Of a stretch of DNA of 64,000 nt, positions 38,634 to 49,945 are shown piece by piece. The position numbers and the translations under genes were made by a program. A model generated the notes under the pieces. It saw only the letters and a list, made by a program, of their open reading frames with translations, did not search any database and was not told the DNA's origin. Position 1 is the stretch's first letter. Each line of letters begins with the position of its first letter. The stretch comes from Octopus sinensis (lineage: Eukaryota), in the NCBI RefSeq assembly GCF_006345805.1, contig NC_043000.1, positions 3,472,001-3,536,000 of the forward strand, given 5' to 3'.

Positions 38634-41464
38634 ACTCTAAATCATCTTATTTAATCACAGGCACTAACCAATTATTGATATTAAAATTTTAAATATAATA
38701 TTAACAGATCAAACCTCACCCATCTTTATTCTTGTTTACTAAACTAAGAGCCTAACCTCAACTAACATCACAATAAGCATACATTATCAAATAGAATAGT
38801 TAAGAAACATAATGGTTGTGGTAGTGATGATGATATCAAACTATATTACACAACAGTTTTAGATTTACATTACGCTGTAAACACTAATTTATTTATTGGT
38901 TGACTTAAAATCTTTACATTAGTGTTACGAAATCATAATTAAATAATAAATGATTTTTAAAGAAGTATTTTAATAAATTCAATGAAATAAAAACCAAAAT
39001 TAAATTAACATATGTTTAGAGAGAAATTTAGCCTGAGATGTTATAAATTTATATTTCTATTATATTTATTGTTGTAGTTATTGTTGTTGCTTAGCCTGAA
39101 GTCAGTACTGATTGAGCAGATCTGCAAAGTCATTCCTATTGTGACCATCATGTTTTTTAGTTCGATATATGTACACACAATTCAAATTATCCTTTCTCTT
39201 ATAAGATGCTAGGATGAGATTTAAGGTAGATTTGGCAGCTATTTCTAGTAGATCATTCAAGGGTTTGGCAGCTCCCTCATAGACTTAACCTTTGTAGGCT
39301 TTTGAGACTGATGAGGCAGAAACAAATGAAATCCATCATAAGATTTTAGAATGATGATGCATGAAAGGAAAAAAATAAAAACTAATGATGGAATCCCTGA
39401 TGGTTGTGGTTCTGCAGATCAAAGACTCAGCTAAGTGCTTTAATGTGGAATTTTTAATGGATGAGATAGAGTATGAAAGGATGACAGAAGAAGAGACAGA
39501 GCAAGGGTACGCAGGGTTGACTTGGTTGGGTTAGTACACAGCCTGCTGCCATAAAGGAGCAGCAACCATTGTAGTTACAGCAGGAAAGACATAGGAAGAG
39601 TACAGCACAGTGGTATACAAGTGGTTCAAGTGTATTGGTGTGTGTGAAGTTTTCCTAATCGATCGGATGGTCTTCTTTCCTGGTATAGTCTAGACTGTGT
39701 GTGTACATGTGGATGCATGCTTGCATCCAACAGCTGCTCCATCCCCTAAATGTAAGCAGCAACCCAATATGTGAGCCATACTCTGATGCACTCAACATGG
39801 AATTGTAATTCTTGCTTGAGGTTTAGTTTTTAAAGGCCCACTTGATAGTTTAAATTGTTGCAGATATATGTGCAAATGTAATATGTGAGTGTAGAATGTA
39901 AGTGTGTGATGTTTCTGTTAAACCCTTGTAAGCATAAAAATGTGTGTGTGTGTGTATTTGAATATTTATTTTATTTAAATATTTCCTTATCTTCAGTCAA
40001 AGTATTTGTCAGCATTGTCATACATACATCACATCATCATCATCATCATTTAGCGTCCGTTTTCCATGCTAGCATGGGTTGGACGGTTCAACTGGGGTCT
40101 GTGAAGCTGGAAGGTTTCATCAGGCCCAGTCAGATCTGGCAGTGTTTCTATGGTTGGATGCCCTTCCTAACGCCAACCATATATATATATATGATGTATG
40201 TATGTATTTGTCAGCATTGTCATACATACATACATTTTATATATATATATATATGATGTATGTATGTATGTATGGCAATGCTGACAAATACTTTGACTGA
40301 AGATAAGGAAATATTTAAATTAAATAAATATTCAAATATTTAATGTGTTAAAGGATTTTCGGGGAACTGGAAGGAAAATATAGAGAATATATATATATAT
40401 ATGTATGTATATATATATATATTCTTTTATTTGTTTCAGTTATTATTTGACTGCGGCAATACTGGAGCACCACCTTAAGAGGTTTTAGTTTTAAGCACCA
40501 CCTGAAGGGGTTTTATGAGACCCAAGGACTTATTCTTTGTAAGCCTAGTACTTATTATATCAGTCTCTTTTGCTGAATCGCTAAGTTATGGGGACGTAAT
40601 CCAAACTTTTGTGATGCAGTCTTGACCATCTGCACAATATTAGAGCTTTCGAGATTGTTAAGTTAAAATTTGTATGACACGAGATAGTTTGAGCTGTCAG
40701 TTGTTCATGATTAGCAAAGGTAAATATAAAGCCGAGAGTTTGTTTGCTTGAGAATTGCAGTAACTTGGCCTGATTTGAGTGACAAGGGGGATGGATATCC
40801 AATCTCTGTTGCATTATGCTTTGATGCTCCTTGCTTATAGAAGATATGTATACTTACAAAAGGTTTCAAGGTTGTTTTTAGAAAGAAAGTTATTTAGCTT
40901 CAGGTTAATCCTGGTCAAACATACCTATGATAAAAAGCATTGTATCCATAACCATTATATCATGTTTAGGGGTATGGGCATCTAGGACTATATTATCTAA
41001 TGTGTGGTCTTCATTTTACAACAAAGTGAAGAGTGATTTGAGAGAGATTTGGCTGTTACTTCTAGCAGGCCAGGTAACTTGAGACTCCTTCATTGGCTTG
41101 TAGAAGCTGATTCGAGGAGGAATCATTGTCATAAAGAGAAGGAAGAATGTTGAAGCAATAAAGTAGATGATTAATGCAGATAGTGAAGGCATTATGAGAA
41201 ATGATTAAGTGTTTAGAGCAAGGTGGAAGAAAGCTATCAAATATGCAGTGATGGAGATGACTGTTTGAAAACTTTCACACAGTGGTTTATTTAGAGTGGA
41301 GTCTATAAATGAGCAGCTTTTCCAGAAAGATTTGTTTGTGTCAAAGAACAACTTTGAAAAACACTATTTAGAAAAACTGCAGCCACTAGTAAATTACAAA
41401 AACAATGAAAAATTAGTATCATTGCAAATGTATAAAGTATAAAGAAGGTAAGTCTGCCTCACTA

Positions 41465-42348
41465 TATGTGGTCTGATCAATAAGTATCTGGACTATTGCT
41501 ATAGTAATGGAGCTGAAGCACAGAGAGTGAAGCCACTCGGCACAGATTGACCTTGAGCTCTGCTGTGCATGCACACTAAGTTTTAATGTTCTAGCTCACT
41601 TCTGCTGTTTACAGCAGTTCTTGGAAGGAACATGTGTAGTGTGTGATTGTTGCACTGACCATGACAGAGAAAGATGAGCAGAGAATCTGCATCAAATTTT
41701 GCCAAAAGGTTGGCGATACCTGCTCAGAGGCCTACGCAAAGTTTTCAAAAAGTTTTCCATGTTCTCAACACAATCAAGATCTTATGCAACTGAAACCCGA
41801 ATGTACTTTTGGTCAGCTGAAAGCAGTTTTGGCACAGACTTGGCAGACATGTGTCTCATACCCAAATCTTCAGTGATAATGGACTAAACTGAACTGTAAC
41901 TTATCTGCACATCCCCTGATAGCTCACAGATGGGGATTCGATGGTTTCCCCTCACAGCTGCAATGTTTTTCTCAGTTCTGCTGGTTGCAGGTCTCCCAGG
42001 ACATTTGTCATTATCGACATTTTTTTGCCCAACTTGAAAACGTCATAACCACTCATACACTTGTGTGCAGCTCATACACTCCTCTCCATACACTTTCTGT
42101 AACTTTGCGTAGGCCTCTGAGCAGGTATCACCATGACAACTTTCTCTGTCAAGATCAATGCGATGATCACACACTACACACCTTCCTTCCAAGCACTGCT
42201 GTAAACAACAGAAGTGAGATAGAATGTTAAAACTTAGTGAGCATGCACAACAGAGTCCCAGGTCAATTTGTGCCAAGCAACTTCACTCTTGATGCTTTAG
42301 CTTCACTTCTATGGCAACAGTTCAGATACTTATTGATTAGACCTCGTA
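41465..42348. mobile_element. Tc1/mariner composite made of two 5' ends in inverted orientation
   Basis: TA-flanked TIR-like ends; the transposase start (GDTCSEAYAK) is read inward from both ends. Confidence 0.8.
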
Positions 42349-42703
42349 TACGCTGAGGACACTAATGATGATAATGGAATGGTCAATAACCTATTAACCA
42401 GTTAAAATTTAATTAAGAAAATGCATGTGTCTAGTCTTCTTGTGCTGTGTCTATCCTTCTTGAGCTACTGTTTATGTAATAAAAGTAAATGTGTTGCCAC
42501 TAAACCTTTTAATATATTTCCTAAGTAGTGAGACAATATAGTCTGGTTTCATAGAGATAGCATGAATGAGGCAATGATTTAGTTTAGAATATAATTTGAA
42601 GACAAGAAATTCTCAATGCAATTAATTTAAAGCAGTGCAATATAAGCTTCATATTTTAAGTTGTAATAATATATAAACTGATATATATATAGTTGTAGCT
42701 TAC

Positions 42704-42786
42704 CTTGACGTAACTGTGTCCTTGCTGACAGAGACCGAGCTTTCACACTAGCCAGGAACATTTCGAAATCATCTTCACCTCCGGCT
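42704..42786 (-). CDS. AP1AR: AP1AR-like exon: (V)AGGEDDFEMFLASVKARSLSARTQLRQ
   Basis: Pyrimidine tract and catttag| acceptor, AAG|gtaagc donor; 83 nt, phase 2 to 1. Resembles recalled gadkin SGPEDDFESCLRNMKSQ. Confidence 0.92.
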
Positions 42787-42874
42787 CTAAATGGAAAAAA
42801 AAATGAAAAATACAGAAAGAAATAGGAAAAGTTAGCAGTTAGTTTCAATAAGCTAGTAGATCGTCGTAGTCGTT

Positions 42875-43050
42875 GTCATCATCACTTAATGTTCATTGTC
42901 CATGCTGGTATGGGTTGGATGGTTTGACCAAGGCTGGTAAACTGAGGGGCTGCACCAGACTCCAGTCCGATTTGGCATGGTTTCTATGATTGGATGCCCT
43001 TCCTAATGCCAACCCCTCTGAGAGTGTGACGGGTGCTTTTACATGCCACT
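42875..43050 (-). mobile_element. SINE-C copy
   Basis: Consensus match. Confidence 0.8.
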
Positions 43051-43681
43051 AAGACAGACCAGTTTTATCTACTCCGTTTGGTTCTATAGTTCAATAGAGC
43101 TGTTTTAATCATAGGATCTAAAGGGATCATGTAGCTTATAAGCTATTTAGCACAATGGTTAGATGATCCAAGTAATCTATTAAGCTATAATCAGGGAATC
43201 TAAGTTAATTATGATCCTTGGAAAAGTATTACTGCGGCAGAAAAGTGACAATGTGAGAGAAACCTTTTCTCTAACATGTCTTAGAGAGATCCACTGACTA
43301 AAAGATGGGTAAAATAACGAGTGTTCTGTTTAATAATATGGTTCTTTAATACATGACAGAAGTTTACTTTAAAACAATCCTCTGATTTCTGACATAAACA
43401 CAAATCAACAAATATGGAAAGAAGTGTATAGGTGATTATGTTGTTTCCTAATACCTGAGTGGTACTTTATTTTATTGATTTCATGAGAACGAAAGACTAA
43501 GTTAACCTTGACGGAACATTAAATCAAGTCTGTTGAACTATCACTTCTGTCTATCTACTGCTTCCTTTAAGTGTTCTATGATAAAGACACAATGGGAAAG
43601 GTAGTTGATGTCGGTTAGGTACGTGCTGTGTAAGACATTTTCCTACAAACATAGAATTACAAGTTATTGAGATGCAGACAT

Positions 43682-43910
43682 TTAACCCTTTAGTGTTCAC
43701 ATTATTCTGCCAAAATTAATCCTTTTTTATCCACATTGTTTTGAACTAATCACGCATTATCTTGTAGCTATGAGATTTTGATGAGGTAGCTGTTAATTTT
43801 TAAAACGACATTGTAGGGTTGGTGTGAGAGACCAGATCTAGCCAGTTTGACCATAAAACAGGCAGAATACTTTTGGCCGGATATGGCCGGTTTAAATGCT
43901 AAAGGGTTAA
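43682..43910. mobile_element. piggyBac-type MITE, family 2 (CCCTTTAG termini)
   Basis: TTAA-CCCTTTAG ... CTAAAGGG-TTAA. Confidence 0.85.
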
Positions 43911-43957
43911 GCAACATTAAAACAACAGTTCCACATATTAAACTAAGGTATACTTAC

Positions 43958-44124
43958 ACGTCCCAGTCATTTTCGTTATCCCCTAACCAGGAACGGTCCG
44001 TGTGAGTTTTAGTAGCTTGTTGTTCCTTAGCAATACGCTGAAGCCGTACTATCCGTGCAGCCTCTCTTCTAGCTTCATAGTAAGCTTCCTCTTCCATACG
44101 CAACTCCTCCTCTTGTTTGGCAAG
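43958..44124 (-). CDS. AP1AR: AP1AR-like coiled-coil exon: LAKQEEELRMEEEAYYEARREAARIVRLQRIAKEQQATKTHTDRSWLGDNENDWD(V)
   Basis: cattag| acceptor, GT|gtaagt donor; 167 nt, phase 0 to 2, no stop. Resembles recalled gadkin LALQEEKLRLEEEALYAAQREAARAAK. Confidence 0.92.
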
Positions 44125-44568
44125 CTAATGAGACAAACAAAATTAGAATAATGATTGATTGTAGACATTATTGAACATCTAGCTTTGAATACAACTGTCT
44201 CCTCATTAGCTATAAATAATACCGATACATACCAAAATGTGTAGTAAATAGTAGATATAACATATATCATACAAGAAGTGAGCGTAAGAGACAGAAATCA
44301 TAATTAAATAAAATATTCAGTAATTAAAACAGAAATAAAAGTCTAACACTGAGAATAACAGAACAACAGATACAGAAGCCTATAATGAGTTTAACAGATG
44401 CAACATTATGTAATACCGAGTATAATCAATGTAAAAGTCTGTATTACTGAGTGTAACAAAGGTAACAGTAAATAATACTGAACATAACAAATATATATGT
44501 AACTAATAAAACAGTCAACATGTGTAATTTATATATAATGGATCATCACTAAGTTATATACAACAGAA

Positions 44569-44738
44569 AATGGTACATCTGGTGGTCCTTTACATGACAC
44601 TTCTTGTGATCCCAGTAAGCGATACATCTAGGGATCCTGTAAATGGCATATCCAGAGACCCTATAAATGGCACTTTTGGTGACCTTGTAACAAGCACATT
44701 TGGTGACCTTATAACTAGGACATCTGGTGAATTGTAGG
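44569..44738. repeat. Degenerate 24-bp minisatellite, ~7 units
   Basis: Units such as aatggcacttttggtgaccttgta and acaagcacatttggtgaccttata. Confidence 0.75.
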
Positions 44739-45399
44739 TGATATACTTACAGTATTTTCAGGTATGAATGCAATGCAGTGAGTTTTTGTGTTACTCTGCA
44801 AACTAAGGAAACTGCTAAATATACAGTGCTCATGCTGCTTATAAGAGTATCTACTCCAGCATGGTTGTGGTGGACTGAACAATAAAAATAGTGAAAAGCT
44901 CTGATACAATAAGAACTGTTGACCCCCTCAACTAGTTATCCAATACCATAGTAATTCACTTATAAAAGTAGGGAATGATTGATTACATTAACCTCCAAAT
45001 ATTACTGGTATCTATTTCACGAAATAGAATGGCATGAAACCTAGTGAACAATAGCAGGATTTTGAACTCAGGACACTAAAATATCAAACTAAATTAAATA
45101 AAGTGACCAATCACAAAACAAATATCGCCATCGTCAGTGATGTTTCAGAGAAGTATGGTCAATTAAATCAACCCCACTATTTTACTAGTACTTCTTTTTA
45201 AGATCTTTGGTTAGGATGAAATGGAAAGTTGACCTTGGCAGAATTTGGACAAAGGTCAGTAAGATATCAAATTAGATAAAATAAAACAACTAAACCATAA
45301 AGAAATATTGTAGACAGAAGTTTAAGTTTGATTGAGTTGATCTAAGATCAAAAACTTTCCAGCCTAATTCATTCAATTTTAAATATAATAATAATAATG

Positions 45400-45619
45400 A
45401 AATTATTGTATACAGTGCTCAGGTGCACCACAATTGTCAAAAGTGCGTATAAAGCATATGCAGTAATGTGCAAATGTCTGGGAAGTGAACAGTGTATGAG
45501 TCAGATACATGTTTGCGTGTGTATGGAGGAGAGAATATCAGGTGTAGTGTTGGCGAATCTCAGGAAGCATGGAAGTTTTGAAGGATGCAGTGCTCCGACA
45601 ACTAACAACTGATGCTGGC
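45400..45619 (-). mobile_element. CR1/L2-type LINE 3' end, reverse orientation
   Basis: Reverse complement matches ASVVSC..TASFKTSMLPEIRQHYT* and the same 3' UTR as the 21865 copy. Confidence 0.85.
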
Positions 45620-45989
45620 AAAAGATATCATGTACATATATTACCTAATGTAATCTTGTGGAGGCAAGTAGTTTAGTGCTTAGAGTGTTAGACTCATGAT
45701 TGTAAAATGGTGGTTTCAAATCCTCAACCTGGTGACATGGTCTTGAGTAAAACACTCCATTTTCCATTGCTCCAGTTCAATCAGCTGGCAAAAATGAGTA
45801 ATCCTGCAATGGGTTGGCATCCCATTCAGGAGAGAATGTATGTGCCATAGAAACCAAGAAACTAGATCTAGATGTCTTGGGAATGATCTTTATCTTAATG
45901 TAGTCTCAGTTCCTGGACTAGCTCTGTAGAGCACCAACCAGATGGTAGCACATGGCTGCATGTGCAGTGAGAGCTAGCAGTGCCCTTCA

Positions 45990-46803
45990 TGAGGCAGTGT
46001 GCTGAGTGATATCACTGTGTTTACTTCACAAATTGTGAAATTTGTGTTTTCCTGATCACGTGTATGCTGTAGTCTGTGATTTTGTAATGGATAGGAAGAA
46101 AGGGCAAACGTGAAATTTTGAATTAAACTTGGGAAGTCTGCTACAGAGACTTTGAGCATGCTCCAGCAGGCTTATGGCAATGAAGCAATGGGTTGTACGC
46201 AATGTTTCAAATGGCATGAGTACTTTAAAAGTGGAAGAACATTCCTGGAAGACAATGAGTGATCTGAAAGATCTGCCATGTGCGTCACCACTGGAAATGT
46301 AGTATTGTGCATCAAGAATTCATCCCCCAAGGCCAGACTGTCAATTGAGAGTTCTACTGTAATGTTTGGAAGTGTTTGAAAAAAGACATTTGTTGAAAGT
46401 GACCAAATCTGTGGAGTGCAAAAAATTGGATTTTTCATGATGATAATGCACCTTGTCACCAAACTCTCCTCACTCGCCAAAAACAACATGATATCACTTC
46501 TGCGCCCACCCCTATTCACCGGATTTAGCCCCTGCAGATTTCTATCTCTTCCCCAAGATGAAAATGCAGCCTAGAGGTCACTGTTTTAACAGTGTTGCCG
46601 AGCTCCAGAGCAAATTGCAGAGGGTCCTCAACTCACTTACGGAAGACAACTTCCTGGCCAGATTCTTAAAGTGGTAGGAACACTGGGACCAAAATTTTGC
46701 TGCACAAAGTAACTATTTCAAAGAGTAGGTTAAAATTTAGGTAAATAAGCTATTTTCTTTTTATTAAACTAACTAGTCCAGGAACCTTTTGATACCACCT
46801 CAT
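45990..46803 (+). mobile_element. Internally deleted mariner fragment (different subfamily)
   Basis: HTH (KLGKSATETLSMLQQAYG), HQEFIPQGQTVN, HDDNAPCH and PYSPDLAPADF remnants; 3' TIR-like end. Confidence 0.85.
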
Positions 46804-47945
46804 AATATCTTCAAAATGATAAGATATGATCTAAGGAAAATTTGGCTGTTATTTCTAGTTGGTCACACAACCACATAGAGATACACTTACTTGAAGTTTG
46901 TTGCTGCTGTTTAGGCTAAGGTCAGCCTGAACAGACCCATAATCAGAAGCATTTCAGACATGACTATCCAGTCTGTCCTATGTGTGTTGAATCTAGAACA
47001 ACATAATACAACATGCTCTTTTCTAAGACAGTGGAGTGTGATTTAAGGGGATGTAGTTGCTATTTCTAACTGGTAAGCAATGATGTATATAGAGACTCCT
47101 TCAGTGGTTTGCATTTGAATTTTGTTTTAAAGAATGGTAGAAAGAAGTAAGCAAAAAATGTGGGGAAGAGGAGCTGGGAATAAAATATCAGTTTAATCAT
47201 GCTTCAGTAATAAATCATATGAACAGAAGAATAGTTTATGTAGAGAGATAAATATACTAACAAAAAAAAAAAATTACAAATCAAAATGAAGCAACAGACA
47301 AAACTGAGTTAATTTTCAAACTATTGACTTCCCCAATTGAAATTGTAGTTCCATTGTCAGATGAGAAGATGTGTCGGGTTTTTTTGGGCTTTTTTTTCTT
47401 TTTTTTTTTCTTTTTTTTTTTGTAATGTTGAGTTTCACATGAAAGTTTTAATACTAATTGAAACACAATGTGGAGGACAGGAGGAGTTGGTCAGAGTAAG
47501 GCGGGGATGTTTACAGCAGAAGGGTTGGTAGGTGAATTGAGGTGGATTCGAGTTAGATCAATGATGTGTGAAGAAAAGGAATCTTTAAAAGAGTGTTAAC
47601 AACAATAGACATTAAAATGAGAGTAAAAGCTAATAGCAGAAGAGTGAACAACATGTTAATGGAGTGAACAATGTGTTGGAAGAATGGCAGACGATAATTA
47701 TTGATTCATAGCCCAAGGTCAAGGGGAAAAGTTTATTACTGAATCTACCTGACACTATATCTATAGAATATGGTTGAGATATTTTCTAAATTGGAATGTG
47801 TGCATGTGTGTGTGCGTGTGTCTATGTGTGTAAATGTATGTGTGCATAACTCCTATTCAATATATGTAAAGAACGGATGAGTTGAACATGCATCCAAGAG
47901 TTAGAGCATAAGATTTTGAATCATACATGCATGCAATAATAGGGG

Positions 47946-47963
47946 GGAGAGAGAGAGAGAGAG

Positions 47964-48017
<54 letters not shown>
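47946..48017. repeat. (GA)n microsatellite
   Basis: Seen directly. Confidence 0.95.
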
Positions 48018-48019
<2 letters not shown>

Positions 48020-48310
48020 TGAAAAGAGAATTCAGAACATGCCATATATAGATAGTAATTACAAAGATTTTAGTGCAGGAGCAGGTGAGTAATAGGCCAG
48101 ACATGAGCAGAGAATAGTCAATGGCTGGGTGGGCCAGGTTAGAGATGATATAGAGTTGGCTAGTTCAGGAGAAGTAGTGATAGTAGTAGTAGATGAAAGA
48201 AGAAACAGTACATTTGTGGTCTGAACGTGGTAGTGAGTAAATCTTTACCAATCAGCCGGATGACTCATTTGTGGATGCAGTCTAGGTTTGAGTGTGCAGA
48301 AAACAATACC

Positions 48311-48535
48311 TATTTCTTTACTACCCACAAGGGGCTAAACACAGAGAGGACAAACAAGGATAGACAAACGGATTAAGCTGATTATATTGACCCCAGTGCG
48401 TAACTGGTACTTATTTAATCGACCCCGAAAGGATGAAAGGCAAAGTCGACCTCGGCGGAATTTGAACTCAGAATGTAGCGGCAGACGAAATACTGCTAAG
48501 CATTTCGCCTGACGCGCTAATGTTTCTGCCAGCTC
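48311..48535 (-). mobile_element. Young SINE with SINE-A head, a different 3' tail and a 17-bp TSD
   Basis: gtgcagaaaacaatacc directly repeated at 48294-48310 and 48536-48552. Confidence 0.9.
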
Positions 48536-49230
48536 GTGCAGAAAACAATACCGTCACAGAAATGTGAACAGTATTCCAGTATGGTCCTTACTTGAACCAA
48601 GCAGATGGTTAGCAATTGATCTGAGTTGAAATGATTTCTGAAAAGGAGTTTTAGTAATATTATATAAGTCATCATAGAGGCACATGGCTTAGTGGTTAGG
48701 GTGTTGTGTTCGTGGTCATAAGAGTGTTGTTTCAGTTCTTGGATCGGGCAATGTATTGTGTCCTTGACTGGACTAATGTGAAATGAAAGGTTCTTGAGCA
48801 GAACCCTTCATTTCACATTAGTCCAGTCCACTCAGCTGGAAAAAATGAGTTATCCTGTGATGGACCAGTGTCCCATGCAGTGGAGAATATAGACGCACCA
48901 CAGAAACTGGGAAACCAGCCTTATGAGCCAATGGTTCAGGAAGGATCTGTGATTCTTTTCATATATGTCATCATGAAAAATCATGAGATGCTGTGAGGTC
49001 TGGCATCTGTAGTGACTTTGAAGGTTTTGTTGAGTGTCATTCATGACTAGAGAGGCTGCATGGTACAACACACGTTTCACATGTGTAGTGAGTGTATGCT
49101 TATGTTGTTGAAAGAGACAAGACTGCTTTGTCCTTATTGATGTTTCTAAGATTACTGTTCATAAACAATGCACACTTAAAACCTTCCAAATCCCTACAGA
49201 GGCCAAACCTCACAATGTCTGAAGATTCCA

Positions 49231-49598
49231 TATTCTTTTATTTGTTTCAGTCATTTGACTGCAGCCATGCTGGAGCATTACCTTTAGTTGAAGAAATTGA
49301 CCCCAGGACTTATTCTTTGTAAGCCTGGTACTTATCCTATCGGTCTCTTTTGCTGAACTACTAAGTTACAGGGATGTAAACACACCAACAGTGGTTGTCA
49401 AGCAATGGTGAGGAACATACACAGACACACAAACACATACATATATACAATGGGTTTCTTTCAGTTTCCGTCTAACAAAAGCTTTGGTTGGCCCAAAGGT
49501 ATAGTAGAAGACACTTGCCCAAAGTTCCATGCAGTGGAACTGAACCTAGAACCATGTGGTTGGTAAGCAAGCTACTTATCACACAGCCATCCTGCACC
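49231..49598 (-). mobile_element. SINE-B copy
   Basis: Near full-length match. Confidence 0.88.
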
Positions 49599-49600
49599 TA

Positions 49601-49945
49601 TGGTTAAGTTGATTACATCAACCCCAGTACTCAACTGGTACTTAATTTATCGATCCTGAAAGGATGAAAGGCAAAAAAAAAAATTCCACCTGACCCATGC
49701 AAGCATGGGCAAGTGGACATTAAATGATGATGATGATGGTGATGGTGATGATGATGACGATGATGGTGATGATGGTGATGGTGATGATGATGATGATGAT
49801 GATGGTGATGATGATGGTGATGATGATGATGATGATGATGATAGCATTTGCAACTGACAAATCATGCTTCACTCATTGGTGGAATTTGAACTCAGAACAT
49901 AGCAACAGGTAAAATGATGCCAAGTATTTTGCCTGGCGTGCTGCC
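49601..49945 (-). mobile_element. SINE-A copy interrupted by a 202-bp insertion
   Basis: Consensus resumes at ggtggaatttgaactcag after the insertion at 49676-49877. Confidence 0.8.
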
